A stretch of 64,000 nucleotides of DNA from assembly GCA_003228105.1 (NCBI GenBank), contig QGNN01000001.1:6761-70760 (forward strand). Reading direction: 5' to 3'. How positions within the stretch are numbered: the first letter of the stretch is position 1; every line of letters begins with the position of its first letter. The DNA is from Chloroflexota bacterium (GTDB lineage: Bacteria; Chloroflexota; Dehalococcoidia; Lucifugimonadales; UBA826). Below, piece by piece: positions 48,894 to 59,264 of this stretch. A model generated the notes under the pieces. The model had not been told where the DNA came from. It saw nothing but the letters and a program-made list of their open reading frames with translations, and made no database searches. The translations under genes and the position numbers were made by a program.

Positions 48894-49643
48894 CTAATCA
48901 TCTTTCCAGAACCTTTCTTCTAAGAATTCATATCCATCGCCAGTTACTTTTTCCTTCACATCCTCAATCATTCCTGGGTGGCCACAGGCATAAATCATTG
49001 TATCGGCAGTTGTGAGGTTGAATTGGTCGAGCTTATCTCTGACGATATTGTTTACTCTTCCTGTATCCCTAGACCAAGTCGAATTTCTGTCTTCATTGGG
49101 ACGACTGATTGTTGGAACAAAAGTTACCAAGGAAGGGTTTAAGACACTTAAAGTTTCAAACTCTTTATCGTATACAAACTCATCTGTATAGCTCGCTCCT
49201 TCTAGGACATAAAAGTGATGGCCGCTTCGGTTTTTCCTGAGATAGTCTCTTATGAAGCTAACGTAAGGAACTACACCGGTTACTGTAGAAACGAGAAACT
49301 GATTCTCCATTTCTTCTTTGAATGTGAATATGCCCTTAGCTCGAGGACGTATCGTCACTTTGTCACCTTTACCCAGATCCCAAAGTATCGGGGTCAGCAC
49401 TCCACCTTCTTCTACAGGGATTAACTCTATAAATAATTCTATAAACTCTTCATGCGGAGCAGAAGCTATAGAATATGCTCTCTCAATTCCATCATGCCCG
49501 ATTGTGCAATATTGGCCGGGTTTGAAGGTGTAACCGTCTGGTTTTTCAAGCCACATGAGTGCTAAATCTTCGGTGTGATTTTCTCTGCGCACTATGTCGA
49601 TTTCTTGTAATGGTGCCTTTTGAGGGAATTTTCTTGTTGTCAT
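48894..49643 (-). CDS. ferredoxin--NADP(+) reductase-like FAD/NAD(P) oxidoreductase
   Basis: 249 aa with the RAYSIAS (RxYS) FAD motif, an NAD(P)-binding segment (VSTVTGVVP) and C-terminal YACGHPGM. Confidence 0.7.
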   Translation of the reverse strand: MTTRKFPQKAPLQEIDIVRRENHTEDLALMWLEKPDGYTFKPGQYCTIGHDGIERAYSIASAPHEEFIELFIELIPVEEGGVLTPILWDLGKGDKVTIRPRAKGIFTFKEEMENQFLVSTVTGVVPYVSFIRDYLRKNRSGHHFYVLEGASYTDEFVYDKEFETLSVLNPSLVTFVPTISRPNEDRNSTWSRDTGRVNNIVRDKLDQFNLTTADTMIYACGHPGMIEDVKEKVTGDGYEFLEERFWKDD

Positions 49644-49676
49644 AAATACTCCTGTACCACTCTGTTACCCTTTTGT

Positions 49677-52352
49677 TCAGCCTTTTTCTACGCGTACTTT
49701 ACAGAGTCTCAAACCCTCAATTTTAGCCATCGGATCTGGTTCCGTACTGTTATTCAACGATTCGATTAAAGTGCCGAATAACGTAGTAGTAGCAACCATT
49801 CCTGAATGCAGGCCATTGAGGTGCGCATTGCCGGTTAATTCAAATTTCTCACCTAATATTTTGATTACATCCCCCTCCGAAATACCCGCTTTATTTGCGT
49901 CTTCCTCATTCATTTCGATAATCTCACGTCTTGTGATGGTATTTAAGTCATTTTCCGTAACGATGCCTGCGTCTCGGTCTGCGTCAAAAAGTACCCTACC
50001 AGGTGCAAAAACCATAGGGTATTGATCATCTACCAAGAGTTCCTCTCTTTGTGTGAATTCAATAGGAGAGAAAACATAACTTGAATTCAAGATGGGTTTC
50101 CTGATGTGTCCTTGGGAATCCAGGCTGTCAGCCTCAAGGGTTTTGTAAGTTTCCACCTCGTTTGTTATTTCAATTAGTACATCGTTAGAGGAAGAATAAG
50201 GCAGGTCCTCTGATCCCAATCTTGCGGCTATCTGAGATAGTATTCTCCAATCTTCATCCTCATCACCAACGGGCCCTAATGCCGGCCGAAGTCGGTGTAT
50301 TCTGCCTTCCATATTGGTGTACGTGCCAGTTTTTTCGGTAAAAAGGGCCGAAGGTAATACAACATCTGCTATGTCAGTTACGTCGCTGGCGAAACTTTCA
50401 TGGACTATCAGTAAATTTGTGGCTTTGATTTTGTCTAGAAACTCTGACCGGTTTGCGGTGTTATGAAACAATTCATCCCCGATTAGGTGTAAAGCCTTTA
50501 TAGCTCCAGAGGAGCAGGCCTCAGATATTTCCGTTAGATCTATACCTGGTGAGGCGGTTGGCCTGTGCCCAGGTAACAAGTTAGGTACGCATCCGACATC
50601 TCTAGATCCTTGTTGGTTGGCTCCCGAAAATAGCGGATATATGCCGCCTGAGTTTTTCCCTAAATTTCCGGTAATTAGAGATAAATTAACTAGAGATTTC
50701 ACTGTGTCGTCTATGTGGGTGTCAGATATTGTCTCAAGACCGTATAGGATTGAAGAGGCCTCGGTATTAGCAAATATTTGAGCCATTTCCCGGATCTCTT
50801 CTTGACTTATTCCTGTCCGCTCACTGACCTTCACTAAATCAAAATCCCATAGGGAATTTCGGAATTCATCATAACCTTTACATTTTTCGGTGGCAAAGTC
50901 ATGGTCTTCCAGCGACTGGTCTACTATGCTTCGCAAAATCCCACCTATCAAAATGGGTTCTGAATTTATTAGAGGTCGGATCCATTTTGTGGCATATCTT
51001 GTTAATTCGGTCTCCCGTTGGTCTATTACTATTAATTTGGCGCCTTTGGCCACCGCTTGTTTTATAGGAACGGACGCAACGTTTTGTTCTTCTGTTATGT
51101 TCGCCGACACTAGTAGTATGACTTGTGAATCCAATAGCTCCCATATTTTGTTTGAGGCACAATCATCGCCTATTAAATCCTGCAGAGAATCTACCAGTTT
51201 TGGCCGAGAATTTGAGGAGACGTTTACGTTGTTAGACTTCATCACTCTTCGGGCAAATTTTTGAGCCGCAAAATTGTCCTCATTCGTACCTCTTGCGGAT
51301 GCGATCAAAGCGTAATCACCATTCTTGTGATTCGCTAATTTGCTGGCTACAAAATCTAGTGCCTCGGGCCATGTGACTTCCTCGAGTTCTGAATTTTTGC
51401 GTACCATGGGTTTCTTTAATTTATTTTTGTTGTTAACAAAATCCAACCCGAACTTACCTTTAAAACAGGCCATACCCATATTGGCCTCTGCTTGTCGATT
51501 CGGGATAGACCTCACCACTTTGTTTCGTTTATTGACATCAAGATCTAGTTGGCAACCAACAGGGCAATGAGGGCAAGTCGTAGCAACTTTTTGTACTGCT
51601 TTATCCCACTTGTAATCCCTTTCAACGATTGCTCCGGTGGGGCAGACGTCTATACATGCTCCACAAAATTCGCACCCGGATTCAAGCAAGGAAGTACCAG
51701 CTGCGGTCCCAATTATGCTCCTGCCGGATCTGTCTTTTAAGGTAATCGCTTGATCTCCTCTTACTTCATCACATGCTCTTACGCATCTAGAGCATACGAT
51801 GCATAAATTCATGTCCATATCCCAGTAGGGATCTTTCACCTCCAAAGGAAGATGCCTGTTGTTGTATGTCAGTGGGGTGGTCAACTCCATTTCCATATAT
51901 CTAACAGTGTCTTTTAGCTCACACCTTTCATTTTTTGGACATGTGACACACCGGTCATTCACTGAAACATGTCTAAGGCATACATCAGTGGGACCACAAA
52001 GTTCAATTCTGTGGCAATTCAAACAACCATGCGGATGCTCTGAGATTAGTAGCTCCATGATTCCTTTGCGAAGATCCACTAAATCTCCTGTATTGGTTTC
52101 CACTCTCATTCCTTCAGAGATAGGAGTCGTGCAAGAAGCTGGACTCCCAGGGAGTGCTCTATAACTACCATCTGGAGTAGGGGATTCTGCTTTAACCACG
52201 CACATCCGACAGGCTCCGTAAGGTTTCATTCCTGGGTAGTAACACAGGTATGGTATGTACATTTCGTTATCCATGGCAGCTTGAATTATCATGCTACCTG
52301 GCTCAGCCTGTATTTCTACTCCATCTATCGTGAGATTAACTTTGTCTGACAT
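49677..52352 (-). CDS. NuoG/FdhA-like molybdopterin-oxidoreductase-fold Fe-S subunit
   Basis: 891 aa with N-terminal 2Fe-2S, HPHGCLNCHRIELC (Hx3Cx2Cx5C), two ferredoxin-type 4Fe-4S motifs and CPHCPVGC. The MGD-fold body lacks a Cys/Sec-His dyad where FdhF has it (aa ~364-395, QKFARRVMKSNNVNVSSNSRPKLVDSL). Confidence 0.75.
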   Translation of the reverse strand: MSDKVNLTIDGVEIQAEPGSMIIQAAMDNEMYIPYLCYYPGMKPYGACRMCVVKAESPTPDGSYRALPGSPASCTTPISEGMRVETNTGDLVDLRKGIMELLISEHPHGCLNCHRIELCGPTDVCLRHVSVNDRCVTCPKNERCELKDTVRYMEMELTTPLTYNNRHLPLEVKDPYWDMDMNLCIVCSRCVRACDEVRGDQAITLKDRSGRSIIGTAAGTSLLESGCEFCGACIDVCPTGAIVERDYKWDKAVQKVATTCPHCPVGCQLDLDVNKRNKVVRSIPNRQAEANMGMACFKGKFGLDFVNNKNKLKKPMVRKNSELEEVTWPEALDFVASKLANHKNGDYALIASARGTNEDNFAAQKFARRVMKSNNVNVSSNSRPKLVDSLQDLIGDDCASNKIWELLDSQVILLVSANITEEQNVASVPIKQAVAKGAKLIVIDQRETELTRYATKWIRPLINSEPILIGGILRSIVDQSLEDHDFATEKCKGYDEFRNSLWDFDLVKVSERTGISQEEIREMAQIFANTEASSILYGLETISDTHIDDTVKSLVNLSLITGNLGKNSGGIYPLFSGANQQGSRDVGCVPNLLPGHRPTASPGIDLTEISEACSSGAIKALHLIGDELFHNTANRSEFLDKIKATNLLIVHESFASDVTDIADVVLPSALFTEKTGTYTNMEGRIHRLRPALGPVGDEDEDWRILSQIAARLGSEDLPYSSSNDVLIEITNEVETYKTLEADSLDSQGHIRKPILNSSYVFSPIEFTQREELLVDDQYPMVFAPGRVLFDADRDAGIVTENDLNTITRREIIEMNEEDANKAGISEGDVIKILGEKFELTGNAHLNGLHSGMVATTTLFGTLIESLNNSTEPDPMAKIEGLRLCKVRVEKG

Positions 52353-52353
52353 A

Positions 52354-54090
52354 TTACTCTCCGGCTATGTGGTCGGTAGCGTAGGGCCTAGTATTTTTCG
52401 GTACTATTTTCGGTCGGTCACAGCTTCCTGTTGGGCAACGGTTTTCCTCTATGTGAAGTCTAAAATCTTCTTCAAAATGGGTGATAGCAGACCTTATAGG
52501 ACCAAAACCTAATTGGCCGTGTCCACAAAGAGATCCGGCCTCCATTGTGCCGCCAATACTTTTCATCAAGTCCATATCTCCAGGTTTACTAGCGCAGTCT
52601 GATATCCTTTCTACGATTTCCAGTAAATGTTCCATACCTAACCTACAAGGGAAACATTTACCACAGGATTCAAATTGGCAAAAAGCCACCAGAACTCTAG
52701 TTAAATCGACAGCACAAACCTTGTCACTTCCCACAATTATTCCTCCCGACCCGAAAATAGCTCCAGCGCTTCTCATTTCGTCAAAATCTATATGAATATC
52801 CTTGCTGTCTGGTCCTAACACTCCTCCAAGAGGCCCTCCTGTCTGTAAGAGTTTAAGCTGCCCGTTGTCAGTGACCCCCCCGCCTAGATCATCCACCACT
52901 TCACCAAGGGACATTCCCATTGGAACCTCATATAACCCTGGGCGATTCACATCACCACTAAGGCACACAATGGCAGTCCCAGTGCTTTTGTTGACACCAA
53001 TAGAGGAGAACCAGTCGGCCCCTTTTGATATGATCTCCGGAGCGTATGAAAGTGATTTAACATTATTAATGTTGCTTGGTTTTCCCCAAACCCCAAATGC
53101 TGCCGGGAACGGTGGTCTGAATCTGGGCATGGCCCTTTTCCCTTCCACTGCCTCCATAAGGGCAGTTTCCTCACCGGCTACATAAGATTCCCCTGTTAAT
53201 GCAACTTCAATATCAAAATTGAAATCTGTTCCTAATATATTGTTTCCAATTAGTCCTAGGGCGTAGGCCTGTTCAATAGCCTTCTCAGTTCTTTCTATAG
53301 GGCCATCATGGCCGTGTCTTATGAAGACGATTCCATTGGATGCCCCGGTAGCGTAACCTGCTATTGCAAGGCCTTCTAGAAGAGTGTGGGGATCGCTCTC
53401 TAAGATTCCTTTGTCATTATAGGCGCCGGGGTCACCTTCTTCACAATTGCATAATATATATTTTGTAGGTCCGGGTGATCCAACCAAAAAACTCCATTTC
53501 ACACCGGTTGGAAACGCAGCTCCTCCCCTTCCTCTAAGACCGGAATTCTTAACTTCGTCTATAACCTCTGAAGGAGATAAGTCAGTCAGGGCTTTGTAAA
53601 GACCGGCGTATCCTCCATTGGCTATGTACTGGTTTATATCATGTGGGGAAATATGTCCCGCGTTTCTGAGGGCTATTCTGTTTTGAAGTTTCAGTCCCGG
53701 CATCGACTCAAGTGAATCTTCACCATTGACTGGCCCTTCTTCTCCAATATATCCAAAAACTTTTTCCTTAGGGTATCCTTCATTTATCAAATACTCATCT
53801 ACTATATATTCAATTTCTTCCGGGGTTACATTGTTGAAGAAAAGCCTTGATTTACCTGGTTTTTTTATATCTAACAAAGGTTCAGCGTAACAAAGGCCCA
53901 GGCATCCAACCTCTTGTATATTGACTTCTAGCTCTGTCGAATCTAAATATTCCTGTAGGGCTTTGATCACTCTGAAAGCACCAGCGGCGTGACCACACAT
54001 AGCTGTTCCAATCCTGATCAAAGGAACTTTGCCACTAGTCATTTCAGTCCATTCCGCCGTTGCCTGAGAGACTATTTCTTTGTATTTCAT
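52354..54090 (-). CDS. NuoF-like NADH dehydrogenase flavoprotein subunit with N-terminal thioredoxin-like domain
   Basis: 578 aa with GRGGAAFPTGVKW (FMN/NADH), ESCGKCFPCR (N3 cluster) and an extra N-terminal Cys-containing domain. Confidence 0.85.
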   Translation of the reverse strand: MKYKEIVSQATAEWTEMTSGKVPLIRIGTAMCGHAAGAFRVIKALQEYLDSTELEVNIQEVGCLGLCYAEPLLDIKKPGKSRLFFNNVTPEEIEYIVDEYLINEGYPKEKVFGYIGEEGPVNGEDSLESMPGLKLQNRIALRNAGHISPHDINQYIANGGYAGLYKALTDLSPSEVIDEVKNSGLRGRGGAAFPTGVKWSFLVGSPGPTKYILCNCEEGDPGAYNDKGILESDPHTLLEGLAIAGYATGASNGIVFIRHGHDGPIERTEKAIEQAYALGLIGNNILGTDFNFDIEVALTGESYVAGEETALMEAVEGKRAMPRFRPPFPAAFGVWGKPSNINNVKSLSYAPEIISKGADWFSSIGVNKSTGTAIVCLSGDVNRPGLYEVPMGMSLGEVVDDLGGGVTDNGQLKLLQTGGPLGGVLGPDSKDIHIDFDEMRSAGAIFGSGGIIVGSDKVCAVDLTRVLVAFCQFESCGKCFPCRLGMEHLLEIVERISDCASKPGDMDLMKSIGGTMEAGSLCGHGQLGFGPIRSAITHFEEDFRLHIEENRCPTGSCDRPKIVPKNTRPYATDHIAGE

Positions 54091-54107
54091 TGATTAATCA
54101 AGGCCTA

Positions 54108-54596
54108 CTAATGGAGGTTTTCTTTTTCGTATAAACTACCCAACAGGTTCGAGACAATATCCGGTTTTGCGTTACCGTATAGTTCATGATCTACACTTAT
54201 CACAGGTGCTTGTGAACACGCGCCAAGGCACGTGTTAAAACGGAAAGAGACTTTACCATCGCCAGTGTCACCTTCCGAATCTAACCCTAGTTTTTCTAAG
54301 ACAGACTCTAGAATTTCGGTCGCTCCTTTTAAGTGGCAAGTAGGGCCCCAACAGACTTCTACTGAGTGTTCACCTGGAGGCGTAAACCTAAAATTAGGGT
54401 AGAAGGAGGCTACACCAAATACTGAATTAATTGAGGTATTGGAATGAACCGCTACCTCTTCTATTGCTTCTTCAGGAATGTATCCCATCGAATCCTGAAT
54501 TGCCAGCAAGGAAGATAGTACAGTGACAGTAGGCCTTTTTTGGGACTGAATGGCCTGTTGAATTCTAGTTCTAAGTTTGTCTTTATCTGCTGTCAA
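54108..54596 (-). CDS. NuoE-like 2Fe-2S subunit
   Basis: 162 aa with VEVCWGPTC and CLGACSQAPV. Confidence 0.85.
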   Translation of the reverse strand: MTADKDKLRTRIQQAIQSQKRPTVTVLSSLLAIQDSMGYIPEEAIEEVAVHSNTSINSVFGVASFYPNFRFTPPGEHSVEVCWGPTCHLKGATEILESVLEKLGLDSEGDTGDGKVSFRFNTCLGACSQAPVISVDHELYGNAKPDIVSNLLGSLYEKENLH

Positions 54597-54661
54597 AGAT
54601 GCTTACCCTCATCTTTGTAAAAATTGTCACAAGCATATCATAGGGGCCTTACTCGGACAAT

Positions 54662-55981
54662 TCATTTGTTTTTGAGATTTGATAAAGCCAAATGGGCCAT
54701 TTTACGACCCATTGCAACACTGTAATTAGTACCTCTGTCTTGTGGATAAACCTGAGAGGTATTGGCTAAATACAAGTTTTGAATTCCAGTCTGGTGAGCT
54801 GGAATATTTTTGCCGTAATTTGTGTCAACTACTGGTTGAGCGTTGGGTATTTTATGGTGATGGTATTCCTTCACCCATTCGACTGTGAAATCTGGGTTTA
54901 TTTTTTTTAAATGAGGTAGGTAACTATCAAATAATTCACTTCCATCCATTTTGTATAACTCATGATCCTCAGATAAATAATTAGACAAATACACTATATG
55001 GGTGTTCCCATACCTTTCCGATCCCACCAAGTTTGTGTGCTCGATTAATCCAATGAAAGGAATAGATCGGTCAGCTATGTTGAGCCAGTAAACATCAGAC
55101 AAGGGATATTCTAGTACTAGAATAATAAGAACTGCCGCCATATATTTTACATTTAAAAGCTTAGAGCGGTATTCGTTTGATAGACCTTCTGCCAAGCGGT
55201 TAAAAACGTGAGATGGTGTGGAGGAGATGACTGCATCGAAGGCTTCTTCTTTTTCTTGTGGCCCAATAGTCATCAAAACCTCTCCAGAATTCGAACCTCG
55301 GATTCTTTTTATTTGGGTGGATAAAAAAATTTCTGCCGAATTTAACTCACATGTTTTAGCCAATTGGCCGAAAAAATGAGAGAAACTTCCGTTTGGATAC
55401 CCTAAGACTTCTTTAGTAAAAATGTTTTTTCTGGATGCAAATCGAGTGGTCATTTTTCCCCAAATCCATGCCATGCTGATTTTGTCGTGGTTTTCCTCCC
55501 CGAATTTACCTCTTAGCATTGGCTCCCAAAATGCAGCATAAATTTTTATATTCGTATTTCTGATCAGCCATTCTTTCGCGGATATGGATTCGAGTTTTTG
55601 CCACTCTTTTATATACCGTATCTGTAATGACGATATCCCCATCTTTATTCGATCAATAACCCCTAGCGGCTTGTATTTCATCAAATCAAAGGGGCTCAGA
55701 AATTTATATATTTCCCCATCCTGAAACGTTCCAACACTGGATGGAAACCATTTAATAGTTTCTTCGAGGCCGATTTCAGCCATCAGGGAAATAATATCTG
55801 TGTCATTTGTAAACCAGTGGTGATACCCCTTTTCCAGCTCGCTCCCAGCCACTTGGAATGTGGAGGCATGTCCTCCTATAAAATCAGCGGCTTCATATAT
55901 TTTTACCTTATGACCTTTTGATGAAAGATCGTAAGCAGCTGCTAACCCTGTCGCTCCAGCTCCTATAATCCCAAATTTCAT
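54662..55981 (-). CDS. NAD(P)/FAD-dependent oxidoreductase (amine oxidase / phytoene desaturase-like)
   Basis: 439 aa with the N-terminal Rossmann motif MKFGIIGAGATGLAAAYDL...YEA..FIGGH. Confidence 0.6.
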   Translation of the reverse strand: MKFGIIGAGATGLAAAYDLSSKGHKVKIYEAADFIGGHASTFQVAGSELEKGYHHWFTNDTDIISLMAEIGLEETIKWFPSSVGTFQDGEIYKFLSPFDLMKYKPLGVIDRIKMGISSLQIRYIKEWQKLESISAKEWLIRNTNIKIYAAFWEPMLRGKFGEENHDKISMAWIWGKMTTRFASRKNIFTKEVLGYPNGSFSHFFGQLAKTCELNSAEIFLSTQIKRIRGSNSGEVLMTIGPQEKEEAFDAVISSTPSHVFNRLAEGLSNEYRSKLLNVKYMAAVLIILVLEYPLSDVYWLNIADRSIPFIGLIEHTNLVGSERYGNTHIVYLSNYLSEDHELYKMDGSELFDSYLPHLKKINPDFTVEWVKEYHHHKIPNAQPVVDTNYGKNIPAHQTGIQNLYLANTSQVYPQDRGTNYSVAMGRKMAHLALSNLKNK

Positions 55982-56014
55982 GCAATACCTTTATTGATTA
56001 AACCTTCGTAATAT

Positions 56015-57043
56015 TTATATTTCATGACGAAGTTTTCTTAAAGAAAGACCCTCTGCCCATAGAAATAATTGGCCTAAAAGTACTATAGGCACCATTAGGC
56101 ATAGGTGAGTAAGGGTAGCAAAAGCTGCGGCTTCCGATCGGCTAACACTTGTGGGCTCAATTACCATAAGTGTTTCACGGGCTATCATTTCGAACAAACC
56201 TATTCCACCTGGCATCGACGGTATAGATGCCCCAATGTTTGTTATGGCAGTGATACTGACCGATGAGGCAAAAATGTGCCCTAAACTGGAATTGATAGGT
56301 AGGATCCCGAGACTTACTAAAACAGTATGGAATAATACTGCTTCAAGTATCCAAATAGGTAAAGATAGTAACAAGGCTTTGCAGGTTATTTTCCAATTCC
56401 TTAAGGAGTATAGGCCTTTTACTACATCTTCTGTAAGGTGATTTATATTACGGGCCAAATTTCTGGGAAGCCGAGAGGTTAATTGGCCAAAGATAACCAT
56501 GGACCTTGGCCCATTAAGTGCAATAGCTATCAATAAACCAAATAGGATTGCGAACGGAGAGGTGAAAATTACGAGTAAGAATGTTTCGTCTAGTTTGGTG
56601 ATTTGAGATAGTCTTGAAAAAATCGCATCAAACGGTACAGACATAGATGACCCTGCGAGAATAAATATAAGGGCTAGACCATCCATAATACGTTCTACAA
56701 AGATCGTGCTTAATGCTGTTGCAGTCGGAACCCCTTCCTTATTTTTTAGATAATATCCTCTTATCAATTCCCCTAGTCTAAAGGGGAGAATATTGTTTGC
56801 CATATATCCAATTATAACTATAGGAAACAGGGTTCGAATTTTAATTTCATCTATTCCGGAAAGAAGTACTTGCCATCTCCATGTTCGGAACCACACACCC
56901 AAAAAGTATGCCAAAATTCCAGGGACAATAACTAAGTAGTTTGCCTTTTTGAAAGTGTTCCATATTTCACCAATATCAATAGTGAGGGCGAATATTATTA
57001 ACAATGATATCCCTGTAAATACCCACAATGAAGACTTTTTCAA
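56015..57043 (-). CDS. flippase-like / lysylphosphatidylglycerol-synthase TM-region (UPF0104) membrane protein
   Basis: 342 aa, about 8 TM segments, with FRTWRWQVLL and NNILPFRLGELIRGYYL signature stretches. Confidence 0.6.
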   Translation of the reverse strand: MKKSSLWVFTGISLLIIFALTIDIGEIWNTFKKANYLVIVPGILAYFLGVWFRTWRWQVLLSGIDEIKIRTLFPIVIIGYMANNILPFRLGELIRGYYLKNKEGVPTATALSTIFVERIMDGLALIFILAGSSMSVPFDAIFSRLSQITKLDETFLLVIFTSPFAILFGLLIAIALNGPRSMVIFGQLTSRLPRNLARNINHLTEDVVKGLYSLRNWKITCKALLLSLPIWILEAVLFHTVLVSLGILPINSSLGHIFASSVSITAITNIGASIPSMPGGIGLFEMIARETLMVIEPTSVSRSEAAAFATLTHLCLMVPIVLLGQLFLWAEGLSLRKLRHEI

Positions 57044-57083
57044 ATCCTGTCCTTATATCTGGTGATTCTTTTTAACTGGAGCC

Positions 57084-59264
57084 CTACTCTCGGTAACTGT
57101 CTCCGACAAAATCTATATTTGGGAAAGTATTGCTAGTATAGATGTATGCGTCCTCACTTCCGATGCTTTTACCTACTCCTTTTCTAAATAACCAATACTC
57201 CAAAAATATATTCCAATGTTTAGTATCTGTAAGTTTGGTAACTAAATTGATAGCATTAAGATCCCTATATGTATGTTCTGGAAACCACCACCTGTGAGGT
57301 ATTTTTCCAACCTTTTTGTAATTTTTAGATAAAGCCTTGTCCGCAGCGAGATGGTTGGAGGAATGGACGACAACAATTGAAGCTTGTTCGTGAGGTTCAT
57401 ATGATTCCGATTGCAATTTAGGATATTTAACGTTGGTATAATTTCTCAAGTACCAAGACCAAGGCCATGTGAATCCGTTAGTTTGATCAATGATGATCAA
57501 TGGCTCGTTGTCCGTTGCGGGTTTTACATATAATGTCTTTATTTTATTGTTGATCTGAAGTAAATCTGGGGAAGTTTGAGTGTATACCAGCATTTCAATG
57601 GGAATATCAGAGTTTACAAAATTCGTGTAAATAGTTGTACGAATGGTTAGTAAAAGAAGTATCGTGGCAAAACCAGCATACAAATATTTTACAAGGATGT
57701 GGGTCTCGTAACGTTGAATAAACCTCACTACCAATACAAAACCAGCAAGGAATAGTGAAAGCATTATTGTTGCAGCAAACACCCTTGGTATTGGGTGCAG
57801 GTTGGAAGAGTATTTAGTAACACTAAAAGCGATTATTAGCGATATTGTTGGAACGAAATAAATCATGCATTGGTTTAAGTTAGGCTTCGATTTAAAGCTG
57901 GATTTACTAAATAAGTCCCCTAAAAATTTCCCAGAAAGCACTATGAGTGGTAAAGATATATTTACGAGTAACCATGGCATTTTCTCGCTTGCAATCGTGT
58001 AGAGGAATAGAGTTATTACAGTCCAATAAATCAGAAATAAATTAAACTTGGTGCGATGCTTCAGAAAATATAGAGATGCTAGTACTGAAAAAATTGCTGG
58101 TAGATATTCGTATATTGGAATAAGAGTTAGGTAATAATGTGTGGGTTGACCTCCCCGAGCCTCCCCTTGTTGCACTATCCAATAACCCAATGATTGCCAT
58201 ATACCAGATTGCACACCGTTGAAAATATTGGTGAAGAAAGTGGTGTAAGCGGACAACCATATTAAATAAAAAATGACGGCACATTTCCACCAAGTTTTCC
58301 AGTGCCATTTGTACCCAATGTACATAGATCCGACTATTAGAGAAAAAACCACTAGAAAGGCCAGTAATTTGCCACCGTGGGTCGGCATTCCTATATTGGA
58401 GGCACCCTCCCCAGAAACTAGAATGATATTAGACCATCTTAGTAATATGGTTTCTTGAAAGATACCGGTGAAGGCCGACCATTGAGGGAGTGTTAATGAA
58501 ATCAAAACTATCAATACCGTGAATGCTCGGCTGTGCGGATGAGTATATACGGAATTCCTAAGGGTTTTGAAGGTCATCAGGGCGTAACCGAAGACTAAAC
58601 GAGGATAGGATAGGTTTGGGAATTGGTCTCTGTAATTTTTTCTTGGCCACGATTCGTGTATGGAACTCAATGTTAAATACAATCCCAAAGTTCCGACGAG
58701 CAAATAAGCATTTTCTTTAGTTGAAAAACTTAAGGCTAGAAGGGCAGACATCAAATAAAGATTCTTTTTATTGCCGGATACAAGGTATTTCCACATGGTG
58801 ATGACCATGCCAAAAGTAAAAACCGCCATAAGTATGTCATTTCGAGCAAACCTGCTGAAATAAACCATGGAAGGGGATATGGATAATAAGATAGAGACCA
58901 TTATTGCCCCATGTTTGCCGAGCAGATCCCTAAAGAAGATGGGTAGGATGACTAGAATCGTTCCAGCGGCAACATAGAGGATTCGGGCAGTTACGTCAGT
59001 GTCTCCAAAAAGGAAAAAAATTAAGGATGTCAACTGCATTTGCAATGGACCGTGTAGCATAGGGTTATGTGTTAAACCAGATCCTTGATATAACTCCCAA
59101 GAGTAATATGCATGGAGACTTTCGTCATGGTGCATGGCTCTGGCATCCAGATCGTAAATTCGGAGCAACAAAGCAACAGTAAACAGACAGCAATATAACA
59201 ACCACTCTATCCGAGTTAGTTTTGAAATTTCCCTAATATGGAAGTAATTGCGGATATATTTCAA
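57084..59264 (-). CDS. TIGR03663-family GT-C-like membrane protein (PMT/ArnT-related N-terminus)
   Basis: 726 aa polytopic protein. The DE dipeptide and HGP tripeptide (MHHDESLHAYYSWELYQGSGLTHNPMLHGP, 59046-59126) fit the family description. The TTG start overlaps the stop of the upstream YYY gene. Confidence 0.7.
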   Translation of the reverse strand: MKYIRNYFHIREISKLTRIEWLLYCCLFTVALLLRIYDLDARAMHHDESLHAYYSWELYQGSGLTHNPMLHGPLQMQLTSLIFFLFGDTDVTARILYVAAGTILVILPIFFRDLLGKHGAIMVSILLSISPSMVYFSRFARNDILMAVFTFGMVITMWKYLVSGNKKNLYLMSALLALSFSTKENAYLLVGTLGLYLTLSSIHESWPRKNYRDQFPNLSYPRLVFGYALMTFKTLRNSVYTHPHSRAFTVLIVLISLTLPQWSAFTGIFQETILLRWSNIILVSGEGASNIGMPTHGGKLLAFLVVFSLIVGSMYIGYKWHWKTWWKCAVIFYLIWLSAYTTFFTNIFNGVQSGIWQSLGYWIVQQGEARGGQPTHYYLTLIPIYEYLPAIFSVLASLYFLKHRTKFNLFLIYWTVITLFLYTIASEKMPWLLVNISLPLIVLSGKFLGDLFSKSSFKSKPNLNQCMIYFVPTISLIIAFSVTKYSSNLHPIPRVFAATIMLSLFLAGFVLVVRFIQRYETHILVKYLYAGFATILLLLTIRTTIYTNFVNSDIPIEMLVYTQTSPDLLQINNKIKTLYVKPATDNEPLIIIDQTNGFTWPWSWYLRNYTNVKYPKLQSESYEPHEQASIVVVHSSNHLAADKALSKNYKKVGKIPHRWWFPEHTYRDLNAINLVTKLTDTKHWNIFLEYWLFRKGVGKSIGSEDAYIYTSNTFPNIDFVGDSYRE

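Noticed and set aside
49677-52352. FdhA-like subunit as a candidate Sec-containing formate dehydrogenase (given selB nearby)
   Set aside because: The ORF is uninterrupted by TGA, and the segment aligned to the FdhF U-H site has neither Cys nor His. It is NuoG-like rather than a selenoenzyme.
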